Source: an uncultured Desulfarculus sp.
Lineage (GTDB): Bacteria; Desulfobacterota; Desulfarculia; Desulfarculales; Desulfarculaceae
Direction of reading: 5' to 3'
Assembly (NCBI GenBank): GCA_963665125.2
Contig: CAXXUK010000001.1
Coordinates: forward strand, 2,464,001-2,528,000
Length of the DNA: 64,000 nt
A program made the position numbers and the translations under genes. Positions 9,933-18,927 of the stretch are shown in pieces (the first letter of the stretch is position 1; each line of letters opens with the position of its first letter). A model generated the notes under the pieces. The model ran no database searches, was not told the origin of the DNA, and saw only the letters and a program-made list of their open reading frames with translations.

Positions 9933-10063
9933 CAACGCCACCGCAGGCACCCAACCGCAGGTCGTTAACCATGATCAGCCGAACCTGTCAGCGGCTATCC
10001 AAACCGGGAGATTCATCTTGACTTAGCACCGGAAAATCCAAGTTGATTCAACTGGAGGACAAA

Positions 10064-11803
10064 ATGGCCCAAAAGCCATGGTTGGGCGCCTGCCGGCCCG
10101 CAGGCGTGCGCGAAGACGTAGGAGATTATCACAAACCCCTGTTCAGCATTTTAGACGACTCGATACGCGACTACCCGGACGCGGTGTTTACCATATTTCA
10201 GGGAGCCGGCCGCACCTATCGGCAGGTCGGAGACTCCGTGGACCGCCTGGCCAATTTCCTGGCCTCCCGGGGTATTGAAAAGGGCGACCGCTGTGCGGTG
10301 TTTCTGCCCAACATACCGCATTTCCCCGAGGCTTATTACGGCATCCTCAAGGCCGGAGCGGTGACCGTCACCTGCAACCCCCTCTACACCGCATCCGAAC
10401 TCAACTACCAGCTAAAGGACTGCGGGGCCAAGGCCGTGTTCGTCATGGACCACCCGGTCTTTTATCCCCTGGCCTGCAAGGCCATCCAGGACACGGACGT
10501 CGAGACCGTGGTGGTCTGCAACATCAAGTCGTATCTGCCCAAGGTCAAGGCCATTCTGGGCGGTCTTTTGGGCAAACTTCCCAAGGCCGACAGCCACCAA
10601 AGCGGCCACTTCATGTGGGACGACGCTCTGGCCTCGGCCAAGCCCCAGCCGCCCGACGTTGACATTGATCCGCAAAAGGACCTGGGCCTGATCATCTACA
10701 CCGGCGGCACCACCGGCGTGCCCAAGGGCGCGGCCCTGACCCACGCCAGCCTGTTGCACAATGTCAAGGCGTCATACGAATGGGTCCGGCTGCCCCCCAG
10801 CGAAGGCGCGGCCCTGGAACCCATTCGAAAAGGCGGGGCGCATACTTTCATCGGCGTGTTGCCCTGGTACCACAGCTTCGGCATGACCCTGTGCCTGAAC
10901 CAGACCGTCATCTCGGGCAACCGGGTGGTCTGCATCCCCGACCCCAGAGCCGGCAAACCGCCGTTTACGGAGGTGCTGGCCTCCATCGAAAAATATAAGG
11001 TAACGATCCTCACCGCCGTACCAACGATCTACTCGGCTTTCATCACCCATCCGCTCACGGACAAATTCGACCTGACGTCGATCCAGGGCTGCGGTTCGGG
11101 CGGCGCACCCATCCCGGTGGAGGTGATCAAGCAGTTCGAGCAAAAAACAGGCGCGGTGATCTTCGAGGGCTACGGTCTTTCAGAGACAGGCCCGGTGGTC
11201 TGCATCAACCCCACCACCAAGGAAACCAGGCGCATCGGTTCGGTGGGCCAGCCCGTGCCGGGCACCGAGGTGGCAATCCTTGACCTGGACACCGGCCTGG
11301 AGGAACAGCCACTGGGCGCCGACGCCGAGATCGCCGTGCACGGGCCCCAGGTCATGCAGGGTTACTGGAACCGGCCCGATGCCGATGACGAGGTGTTCCG
11401 CACCATAGACGGCAAGCGCTATTTCCTCACCGGCGATATCGGCCACCTGGACGCAGACGGCTATCTGTTCATCACCGACCGTAAGAAGGATTTGATCCTG
11501 GTGGGCGGCTTCAACGCCTATCCCAGGGAAATCGAGGAAACCCTGTACGAACACCCCAAGGTGGCCAACGCCGCCGTGGTGGGCATCCCCGACCCCAAGA
11601 GCGGAGAGGCGGTCAAGGCCTTTATTCAGCTCAAACCGGGCCAGGAAGCCACGGAGCAGGAGATAAAGGATTTCTGCGCCGAGCGCCTGGCCGGCTACAA
11701 ACGGCCCAAAATGATCGAGTTCCGCGAGGAGCTGCCAACCTCGGTGGTGGGCAAGGTCCTGCGCCGGGTGCTCCGGGATGAAGAAAGGGCGAAATATAAA
11801 TAA
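10064..11803 (+). CDS. Long-chain-fatty-acid--CoA ligase
   Basis: YTGGTTGVPKG, EGYGLSET, TGDIG, DRKKDLI, GKVLRR; RBS GGAGG before ATG 10064. Confidence 0.93.
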   Translation: MAQKPWLGACRPAGVREDVGDYHKPLFSILDDSIRDYPDAVFTIFQGAGRTYRQVGDSVDRLANFLASRGIEKGDRCAVFLPNIPHFPEAYYGILKAGAVTVTCNPLYTASELNYQLKDCGAKAVFVMDHPVFYPLACKAIQDTDVETVVVCNIKSYLPKVKAILGGLLGKLPKADSHQSGHFMWDDALASAKPQPPDVDIDPQKDLGLIIYTGGTTGVPKGAALTHASLLHNVKASYEWVRLPPSEGAALEPIRKGGAHTFIGVLPWYHSFGMTLCLNQTVISGNRVVCIPDPRAGKPPFTEVLASIEKYKVTILTAVPTIYSAFITHPLTDKFDLTSIQGCGSGGAPIPVEVIKQFEQKTGAVIFEGYGLSETGPVVCINPTTKETRRIGSVGQPVPGTEVAILDLDTGLEEQPLGADAEIAVHGPQVMQGYWNRPDADDEVFRTIDGKRYFLTGDIGHLDADGYLFITDRKKDLILVGGFNAYPREIEETLYEHPKVANAAVVGIPDPKSGEAVKAFIQLKPGQEATEQEIKDFCAERLAGYKRPKMIEFREELPTSVVGKVLRRVLRDEERAKYK

Positions 11804-11809
11804 GCGGCC

Positions 11810-12709
11810 CTATTCCAGGCCATAAACCTGCCGGGGCGCCAAGTGCTCCGGCAGGCGCTCGACGAGGGCCCGCCGGGTCAGGAAGCAATAGTGGCACTCG
11901 TCCACGCAGGCGCGGCCAGGCTGCACGCCGTAGTGCCGGGCCAGTTCGGCCGGGCCGCCTTTTACCAAAGGACCGCACACGGGATGGTCCGGGGCATGAT
12001 AGTCCCGGACCATTTCATGTAGCGGCCTTTGCCACATATTGCCCATGCTGATGCCCTGGCAGATATGCACGTGCCCGAAGGCATCAACATGCACCCGCTT
12101 GGGCGAAACAAGTTCTTCGTGTTTGCACTCGGAAAACGACTCGGGGTCCTGGGTGGGCAGGCCATCGGTAAGCTTGTCCGCCGCCCGGCCGATATACAGC
12201 GGTTCGCCTCCGGCCACGGGCTCGCCCTTGTCGCCATAATCCGCAGGGCATCCCTTGGCCTGGGGGTTGTCGATGGCTATGGTGCTGGTGGCAATGCCCA
12301 GCTTTTCCGCCGCCTGCAAGGCGCGGCTGGCCGGGTTGTCCGGGTCGTCGGCGTGAAAGGCGTCGTTGCTCAGGCTGATGAAAGAAAGCCCCCGGTCCCG
12401 CAGGGGCCTGAGCCAAAGCTCGGCATCATCGTCGCAGGTGGCCATGTAGGCGTTGGAGACCATGCTGGCCTTGAAGCCCATGTCGGCGGTCAGGCCAACC
12501 GCCTCCAACAGCAGTGGATAATAAAGCAGGGCCTCGCCGCCCTCGAAAAAGATCGAGTCCACCGTGCCGATCTTCTTGGCCTCGTCCAGAACCTGTTTCA
12601 CCTGGGCCAGGGTAAAGGTGCCGCTTGATCTGGGGCTGCAATACAAAAAGCAGTGGTCGCATTCGTAGTTGCAGTTGTAGGTCAGAAGAAAATGAATTCC
12701 GTTGAGCAT
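11810..12709 (-). CDS. Radical SAM protein, function unknown
   Basis: CNYECDHC motif, EGGE, C-terminal Cys cluster (CVDECHYC); RBS GGGAGG before ATG 12709. Confidence 0.85.
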   Translation of the reverse strand: MLNGIHFLLTYNCNYECDHCFLYCSPRSSGTFTLAQVKQVLDEAKKIGTVDSIFFEGGEALLYYPLLLEAVGLTADMGFKASMVSNAYMATCDDDAELWLRPLRDRGLSFISLSNDAFHADDPDNPASRALQAAEKLGIATSTIAIDNPQAKGCPADYGDKGEPVAGGEPLYIGRAADKLTDGLPTQDPESFSECKHEELVSPKRVHVDAFGHVHICQGISMGNMWQRPLHEMVRDYHAPDHPVCGPLVKGGPAELARHYGVQPGRACVDECHYCFLTRRALVERLPEHLAPRQVYGLE

Positions 12710-12830
12710 GGCCTCCCCCTTTCGCCCATGGGTCAAGGCCAGCCTACAACAAAAAAGCCCTTAAAGATACGGGGAAAGCCGTACGCCACCGCGCCCGAAG
12801 CATGGGTGATGGACTCCGCCGACCCCTATA

Positions 12831-12873
12831 AAAAGGCGGGGCGGACCGGAAAAGCCTCCGGCCCGCCCCTTTT
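12831..12873 (-). terminator. Intrinsic terminator after TonB receptor
   Basis: GGGGCGG-CCGGA/TCCGG-CCGCCCC stem flanked by A and T tracts. Confidence 0.65.
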
Positions 12874-12896
12874 GGTTGCATCAGTCCGGCGTACGG

Positions 12897-15041
12897 TTAG
12901 AACGAAGCCGTCAGGGTCACGCCGTAGTTGAGCCCCGGCGCGGCATAGCCGAAGCGTTCCTGATAATCCTCGTCAAACAGGTTGCGGGCAAAGGCGGCCA
13001 CGGTGAGGTACTGGCACACCGGATAGCTCGCCTCCAGATCCACGGTCATGTAATCGTCCTGGTCGCGAACCCGCAGGTCGGTGGTCCACAAGGTGTTGTT
13101 GTTGTAGATGACCTTCTGGCTGCCCACCATGTGCAGAAACACGGCGATCTTGGCATTGTTCGGGGCCTTGTACTGGACGCCCAGGTTGGCCATGTGTTCG
13201 GGCAGGCCGGGGATCTCGTCAAAGTCGCGGTCGGCCGGATCGACAAAATTAGCCACAAAGGGATCACCCTCGGTCTTGGACTTCTGATAGGTGTAGTTGA
13301 AAAACGCCGAAAAACCCAGGGGCAACTGCTGGCTGATCTGGAACTCCACGCCCCAGATCTCGGCCTTTTCGATATTGTAGGCCACGAAGTTGATCAGGTC
13401 GAACTGGATGTAATCGTCGATCTTGTAGTAGTAGGGCGAAAGCTCGATGCTGGTGCGGCTGGGCAGCTCGGCCCGCCAACCGCCCTGGAGCATCAGGCCG
13501 TCTTCCTTTTCAAAGGGAAGGTCGCTGGTGTCCACCCCGGCGTCGTCGGGGTCGTAGTGCCAGTAGTGTTCCGGCGGGGTGGGCATGCGCAGAGCCCGGG
13601 CCACGCTGACATAGGCCAGGCTCTTGGGCGCGTAATGATAAGTCAGCTTCAAGGACGGAGCCCAGCCGTTCATGCTGATGTCGGGGATATCTTCCACCTC
13701 GCCGCCCGGTCCGGAATCGCCATCATAGGATTCGTAACGAATGCCCGGGGTGATCCACAGTTTTTTATCCATCAGGCGAATGTCGCCCATGGCCCAGGCC
13801 CCCAGGTTCTTGGCGGCCACGTAGTAGCCGTTGCGGAAGTAATCCCGGAAGTCGTCGGAGTAGTTCTCGTCGCCGTCATCCTTGAGATAGCTGTAGTCAA
13901 CGCCCACCCGCAGGGTATGGTCGCCGATATCAAGTTTGTAGCCGCCGTCGGCGCCCCAGGAACGGTCGTCGAAAAATTTTTTATGGAACACGCGGTCCAT
14001 GGAGGCGCGGGTGTTGTATGCCTCGCGGTCGCCGTGGTTCTGCCAGTAACGCAGTTCCACTTCACCATAGGCGCCCATATCCTGGCGCACGCCGCCTTCA
14101 AAGAGCCATTTTTCCTTTTCCCACCAGGAGCCGACCTCGGGATAGGCGCCCATGCCGCCATACATGTATTCGCCGTCCGAGGCGGGGTAGTCCGGGTTAT
14201 TGGGCGAATCATAACCGGGCTCGCCGTAATTTTTGTTTAGCCGGTTATTGACGATAAAGCTTTTCTTTACCTTGGAATACTGAACGTCGGCCCAGACAAA
14301 GGTGTCGGTGGGCAAATCATAGCCCAGGTGAAGGTCCACGTTTCCGTAGCGCTGTTCGCCGTTGTAGAGGTAGCCGTCGCTGTCGAGCTTGCGGGCGGCG
14401 ATGGAATATTCAAAGCGCCCCGGCTTCCAGGCATTGTAAAGGTTCACGCCCCAGGTGTCGTCGCTGCCGTAGGACGCCGAGACCGTGGTTACGGGCAGTT
14501 CGGTTTGCGGAGGCTGTTTCAGCACCAGGTTGACCACGCCGCCCAGTACGTTGCCCCAACGGGGATCGGCCACGCCTTTGATTACTTCCACCCTATCCAC
14601 GTTGTAGAGGGGGATCTGGGTCCAGTCGATGAAATAGCCGCCGGCCGTGCCCGAGGTATTGAGAAGCCGTCCATCGCGCATGACCTTGATGCGCCGGGCG
14701 CCGAAGCCCCGGATTTTGATGGAATCGTCATCCATGGCCGTGCCTATCTGCTGGATCCGCTCAACCACGATGCCCGGCTGCCGTTCCAGCACCGTGTCCA
14801 GGGTGCTGCCCAGGCTCATGGGGAAACGGTCGGGCATGATCACGTCCATGTTGGGCGTTTCCACGTCCTGTGCCAACTCGGCGGCGGTCACCTTCACCTC
14901 ATCGAGCTGGATGATTTTTTTAGTCTCGCTTTGGGCGTCAGCCCCTTCATCGGCCAGGGCCGGCGTGCCGCAACACAGCATCGCGGCCAGGGCGCAGATG
15001 ATCATCGGCCAGCCCATCGGCCGATTTCTTTTCGCTTCCAT
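12897..15041 (-). CDS. TonB-dependent outer-membrane receptor
   Basis: Signal peptide, TonB box (LDEVKVTA), plug (IRGFG...DRVEVIKG...GGVVNLV), NLFDEDY and terminal Phe. Confidence 0.93.
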   Translation of the reverse strand: MEAKRNRPMGWPMIICALAAMLCCGTPALADEGADAQSETKKIIQLDEVKVTAAELAQDVETPNMDVIMPDRFPMSLGSTLDTVLERQPGIVVERIQQIGTAMDDDSIKIRGFGARRIKVMRDGRLLNTSGTAGGYFIDWTQIPLYNVDRVEVIKGVADPRWGNVLGGVVNLVLKQPPQTELPVTTVSASYGSDDTWGVNLYNAWKPGRFEYSIAARKLDSDGYLYNGEQRYGNVDLHLGYDLPTDTFVWADVQYSKVKKSFIVNNRLNKNYGEPGYDSPNNPDYPASDGEYMYGGMGAYPEVGSWWEKEKWLFEGGVRQDMGAYGEVELRYWQNHGDREAYNTRASMDRVFHKKFFDDRSWGADGGYKLDIGDHTLRVGVDYSYLKDDGDENYSDDFRDYFRNGYYVAAKNLGAWAMGDIRLMDKKLWITPGIRYESYDGDSGPGGEVEDIPDISMNGWAPSLKLTYHYAPKSLAYVSVARALRMPTPPEHYWHYDPDDAGVDTSDLPFEKEDGLMLQGGWRAELPSRTSIELSPYYYKIDDYIQFDLINFVAYNIEKAEIWGVEFQISQQLPLGFSAFFNYTYQKSKTEGDPFVANFVDPADRDFDEIPGLPEHMANLGVQYKAPNNAKIAVFLHMVGSQKVIYNNNTLWTTDLRVRDQDDYMTVDLEASYPVCQYLTVAAFARNLFDEDYQERFGYAAPGLNYGVTLTASF

Positions 15042-15162
15042 TTTGTTTCTCTCTCCACTGTTGTCGTTAGTGCGAACGGTTTTTCGTCCGCCTTTGAGCG
15101 GCTAGCCGCAAATGCGCCGTTTTCCGGCTCGGCTTACGATCCCACACCCAAGAAAACCAAAT

Positions 15163-15320
15163 AAAAAAACAGCCACGATGGCGATTCCAAAGGGAACCTT
15201 CGCCTTCGTGGCTGTTTGCACGCTATTGCCGGCTTCGTCCGGCCGCGATAATTATAGTTTAATATGGGGTGGTGTTTGCCCTCCGGGGGGTGCCACGGCT
15301 TCAACCGCTGCTTGATTAAT
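15163..15320 (-). promoter_or_regulatory. Candidate structured 5' leader with intrinsic terminator (attenuator or riboswitch-like)
   Basis: Hairpin AAACAGCCACGA...TCGTGGCTGTTT (15167-15217) followed by a U-tract on the minus strand, ~120 nt upstream of the receptor ATG; candidate promoter TTGATT-N17-TAATAA at ~15327-15355. Confidence 0.55.
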
Positions 15321-15469
15321 GGACCTTATTAGGACAAATACAAATAAAAATCAAGCATACTTCTTCTATACCACATTTCCCCACAGGCTCGGGCCTGGAC
15401 ATAGGCGCATATCAGGGCCGGGACAGTGCACGATCGGCTCCACTCCTCTGGCAAATCCTGGTCTGAGTG

Positions 15470-16936
15470 TCAACCGCCGTACTTTTCCAGATATTCAGTC
15501 AGGCGCAGTTTGCGCTTGGCGTTGGCGCTGGACATGTAGCGCACCTTGCCAAAGACTGACCGCTCCGGGCCGAAAGGCCGGTCAAAGCGCCCCAGGCACC
15601 AGAAGATGCCGGAGTAGGAGTTGGGGTCCCGGCCGTCCAGGGCGTATTTATCGTTCAGGTGGATCATGATCTCCAGTGCCCGGCGCGGATTCGGCGACCA
15701 TTCAAGGATCTTCTTGCCCCACAGCATGCGCAGGTAGTTGTGGATGACTCCCTCATGCAATAGTTGCCGCTGGGCCGCGTTCCAGACGGGGTCATGGGTC
15801 TGGGCCTGTTCCAACTGCTCCAGGCTGTAGACAGAGGGCCTGGGGTCGGCGGCGTGGGCCTCCAGGGTGGCCCTGGCCCATTCGGGCAGGGACTCATACT
15901 GCGCGTAATCTGGCCGCAGACGGCAGAAGCTGTAGCCCAGCTCCCGCCAGGTGATGAGCTGGTCCAGGAAGGCCTCGGCGCTGTCGCCCATACCCCACCA
16001 GCCGCTGCGTTGGCCTTTGGTCGAGGCGCTCAGCCGGTGCGGGGCCCAGGCCTCTGCGGCTGCGATCTCGCTGAAAACCTGGTGAGCGCCGATGTGGCCG
16101 AAGTGCAGATACGGCGACAAGCCGCTGGTGGCCGGCTCCGATGGCTGGTTGCGCCGGGTGTCGTATATGGCCAGGCGCTCACCGACAAACAGGCGCAGCG
16201 CCGCCACGGCCCGGTCCTCGCCGCCGCGCAGGGCAACAGGCGCCGTATCGTATTCCAAAGGCAGCCCGGCCAGGGCCGAAGGCTCGGCGGCCAGCAATTC
16301 CGCCGGGGCCATGGGCCAGCGTTGGGTTATCTCAGGGGGCAGGGCATCCAGCCTCGGCAGTTCGCAGTCGGCAAGGGGATCGGGCGCTGGCATTTGGGCC
16401 AGATGCGCGGGCAGGTTCTTTTGCAGAAAACGGCGGAATGCATAGGCGCTGGGGTACGGCTTTTCCACTGCGGCCAGGGGCATCAGGCCGTTGGAATCCA
16501 CGGCCTCCAGCCGCACGGCCAGCTTGCGGCTGGAGGCCGCCAGCATGCGCGGCAGAAAAAACGCCGGAAAGTCGTCGCAGACCACCAGGCAGGCCCGGCG
16601 GGCCAGGGCCTCCAGCAGGCCCGAGCCCTGGTCGGGGGCCCTCTCTACAAATGGATAATACAGCACCGGCGCGTCGACAAGTCGGCGCTGGTTGGCGGCC
16701 ATGCCTTGCAGAATGAAGGAGTGCAGCCGGGGCGAGGCGTACCTGTAGCCGCAGCGCAGGGCCTCCAGGATGATCAGGGGTTTGCCCCGCTCCCTGGCCC
16801 GGGCCACGGCATTCTCCAGGCCGAAGTTCCAACCCACCCGCCGGGCCGCGGTCATCCAATAGACGATGTACTCGCCAGCTTCGTTAACGGGCATTTCATT
16901 GAGCGCCCTCAGGCGTATTTGCGGTGCGAAGGCCAT
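15470..16936 (-). CDS. phr: Class II CPD (deoxyribodipyrimidine) photolyase
   Basis: IVYWM...R...N, TSGLSPYLHFGHI, HNYLRMLWGKKILEW, LNDKYALDGRDPNSY.GI.W...DR...ER.VFGKVRYM (class II signature). Confidence 0.92.
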   Translation of the reverse strand: MAFAPQIRLRALNEMPVNEAGEYIVYWMTAARRVGWNFGLENAVARARERGKPLIILEALRCGYRYASPRLHSFILQGMAANQRRLVDAPVLYYPFVERAPDQGSGLLEALARRACLVVCDDFPAFFLPRMLAASSRKLAVRLEAVDSNGLMPLAAVEKPYPSAYAFRRFLQKNLPAHLAQMPAPDPLADCELPRLDALPPEITQRWPMAPAELLAAEPSALAGLPLEYDTAPVALRGGEDRAVAALRLFVGERLAIYDTRRNQPSEPATSGLSPYLHFGHIGAHQVFSEIAAAEAWAPHRLSASTKGQRSGWWGMGDSAEAFLDQLITWRELGYSFCRLRPDYAQYESLPEWARATLEAHAADPRPSVYSLEQLEQAQTHDPVWNAAQRQLLHEGVIHNYLRMLWGKKILEWSPNPRRALEIMIHLNDKYALDGRDPNSYSGIFWCLGRFDRPFGPERSVFGKVRYMSSANAKRKLRLTEYLEKYGG

Positions 16937-16965
16937 GGTCTAGATTATACGGCATTCGAGAAGGC

Positions 16966-17610
16966 CTAGGGCTTTTGGCCGCAATAGTGAAAGGCCTTGG
17001 ACTGGTGGCCGTTCATGGTCTTGGTCACGGTTTGCTCCAGGTCAATCCTCCGGAAGGCGGCGGTCAGCTTCTCAATATACGCCGGATCGTGATGGCGCAG
17101 CACCGCGCCTTCGTCGAGTTCGAACACGCCGTATGTGCCGTATGTTGCGGCGCATCTTTCATAGCGGTCCAGGTTGCGCGCATCGTCGTTGATTAAAAAA
17201 TCGGCAACATAGACAAGGCCGCCGGGCCTGAGCAGGCGGCTGATCTCAGCCATGAGTTTGCCCTGGGCCGCGCTGCCGGGGATGCAGGTGAGCACGGCCA
17301 CCAGCAGCACCGCGTCGAACGAGCCGTCCGCAAAGGACAGGGGCAGGCCATCCATGGACCGCAGGTCCAGGTCGGGGTTTTCGCCGAGGCCGCGTTTTAT
17401 CAACTCCGGCGAGGCGTCCACGCCCACCACGCCGTCATGGCCCAACGCGGCCAGCTCGGCGGCCACCCGGCCATAGCCGCAGCCGTAATCCAGGATGCGG
17501 GCGCCGGGTTTCAAATGCTCCAGCACGCAGCCCAAGCATGGTTTGAGGGTGAAGTCTTTTTCCCGAGCCACGCTGTCCCAGTATTGCCGCTGAAAATCCA
17601 GATCATTCAT
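16966..17610 (-). CDS. Class I SAM-dependent methyltransferase
   Basis: ILDYGCGYGR, SFDAV, RLLRPGG motifs. Confidence 0.88.
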   Translation of the reverse strand: MNDLDFQRQYWDSVAREKDFTLKPCLGCVLEHLKPGARILDYGCGYGRVAAELAALGHDGVVGVDASPELIKRGLGENPDLDLRSMDGLPLSFADGSFDAVLLVAVLTCIPGSAAQGKLMAEISRLLRPGGLVYVADFLINDDARNLDRYERCAATYGTYGVFELDEGAVLRHHDPAYIEKLTAAFRRIDLEQTVTKTMNGHQSKAFHYCGQKP

Positions 17611-17831
17611 TGCCAATTGCCATGTGAATAGTACCTTTGCTCAATTTTACGTGGTTTTCCCGGCTTCAACCACCTGGTCTTCAAAGCGACAGGCCCAAAA
17701 TCAACCCAAACTGTTTCCCGGTTAATTTTTTTCGCCTCAATTATAGTGTTTGATTGTTTTTCAGTGATTTCCTATATTATATTTATTTTTACTTAGCGTT
17801 TTTCAATCCAACTCTATTATTGAGAGGCATA

Positions 17832-18836
17832 ATGGAAACCGTATATAAAAAACTAGCGGATAAAATCCAGATGGGGCATTCCCAGCGCGTCGCCAAAATT
17901 TTCTCGACGCTGATGGACGAAACCTCGGCCGGCCTGATGCTGGCCATGCCGGGCCAGCCCACCGAACTGGCGGAAAGAACCGGCCTGCCCCTGGACGACG
18001 TGAACACCCGCCTGCGCGATCTGTACGTAAAGGGCGCGGCCTTCAAGTCGGGCCGGACCGATCCCCCTTCATACTATATGGTCCGCAACGTTCCCCAGTT
18101 CCACGACTCGACCATAGTCTGGCCCCAGGCCACGGATGAGTTCCTGCTGGCCTGGCGCGATTTCATGGATACCGAATGGCACGATCTGGCCAAGGTGATC
18201 GCCAAGATGATGCCCAAGCCCATTTCGAGGGTAATACCGGTGGGAATCAGCATCCAGATCAAAAACCAGATTCTCAACTTCGAGAGCATCAATGAAATCA
18301 TCGACAACGCCAAGGTGTTGTCAGTCACCCCCTGCACCTGCCGCCGGTCCATGGGCAAATGCGACCGGCCGGTGGAGACCTGCATCCAGGTCAACAAGGC
18401 CGCCGAGTACAGCCTGGACCGCGGCAGCGGCCGCCTAATCACCAAAGAGGAGGCCCGGGAGATCTGCCGCAACGCCGAGAAAGAGGGCCTGGTGCATGTG
18501 ACCATGAACAAGCACGAGGTGGACGCCTTTATCTGCAACTGCTGTCCCTGCTGCTGCCTGGCCCTGCCCGAGTTGGTCAAGGCCGGGACCAAGATTTTGG
18601 ATCCCAGCCGCTATGTGGCCGAGATCAACGCCGACGAGTGCACCGGCTGCGAGGTCTGCCACGAACGTTGCTACTTCGAGGCCATCACCTGGGGCGACGC
18701 CGACGAAACCTACAGCGTGGTCAACCCGGACAAATGCATGGGTTGCGGCTTGTGCATGGTCACCTGCCCGGTTGATTGCATCGAACTGAAGGAGATCAGG
18801 CCCGCGGACTTCGTGCCCAAGGATATGAAGCACTAA
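17832..18836 (+). CDS. 4Fe-4S binding protein with N-terminal HTH-like region and Cys-rich core
   Basis: CTCRR, CNCCPCCC and two CxxCxxCxxxC ferredoxin motifs; RBS GAGAGG before ATG 17832. Confidence 0.85.
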   Translation: METVYKKLADKIQMGHSQRVAKIFSTLMDETSAGLMLAMPGQPTELAERTGLPLDDVNTRLRDLYVKGAAFKSGRTDPPSYYMVRNVPQFHDSTIVWPQATDEFLLAWRDFMDTEWHDLAKVIAKMMPKPISRVIPVGISIQIKNQILNFESINEIIDNAKVLSVTPCTCRRSMGKCDRPVETCIQVNKAAEYSLDRGSGRLITKEEAREICRNAEKEGLVHVTMNKHEVDAFICNCCPCCCLALPELVKAGTKILDPSRYVAEINADECTGCEVCHERCYFEAITWGDADETYSVVNPDKCMGCGLCMVTCPVDCIELKEIRPADFVPKDMKH

Positions 18837-18875
18837 TCGGAGCGGCCGGCTAAGCCCCGGCCTCTGCGTTATCCA

Positions 18876-18916
18876 TGAAAAGCGGCGGGCCCCCGATGGG
18901 GGCCCGCCGCTTTTCA
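18876..18916. terminator. Bidirectional intrinsic terminator
   Basis: Perfect 19-bp inverted repeat TGAAAAGCGGCGGGCCCCC-GAT-GGGGGCCCGCCGCTTTTCA between convergent genes. Confidence 0.88.
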
Positions 18917-18927
18917 GCATCAAATGC

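Noticed and set aside
15133..15303. Leader peptide ORF (TTG start, 56 codons) in the TonB receptor leader
   Set aside because: No RBS, it runs through the terminator hairpin and has no regulatory codon run; not supportable without Ribo-seq.
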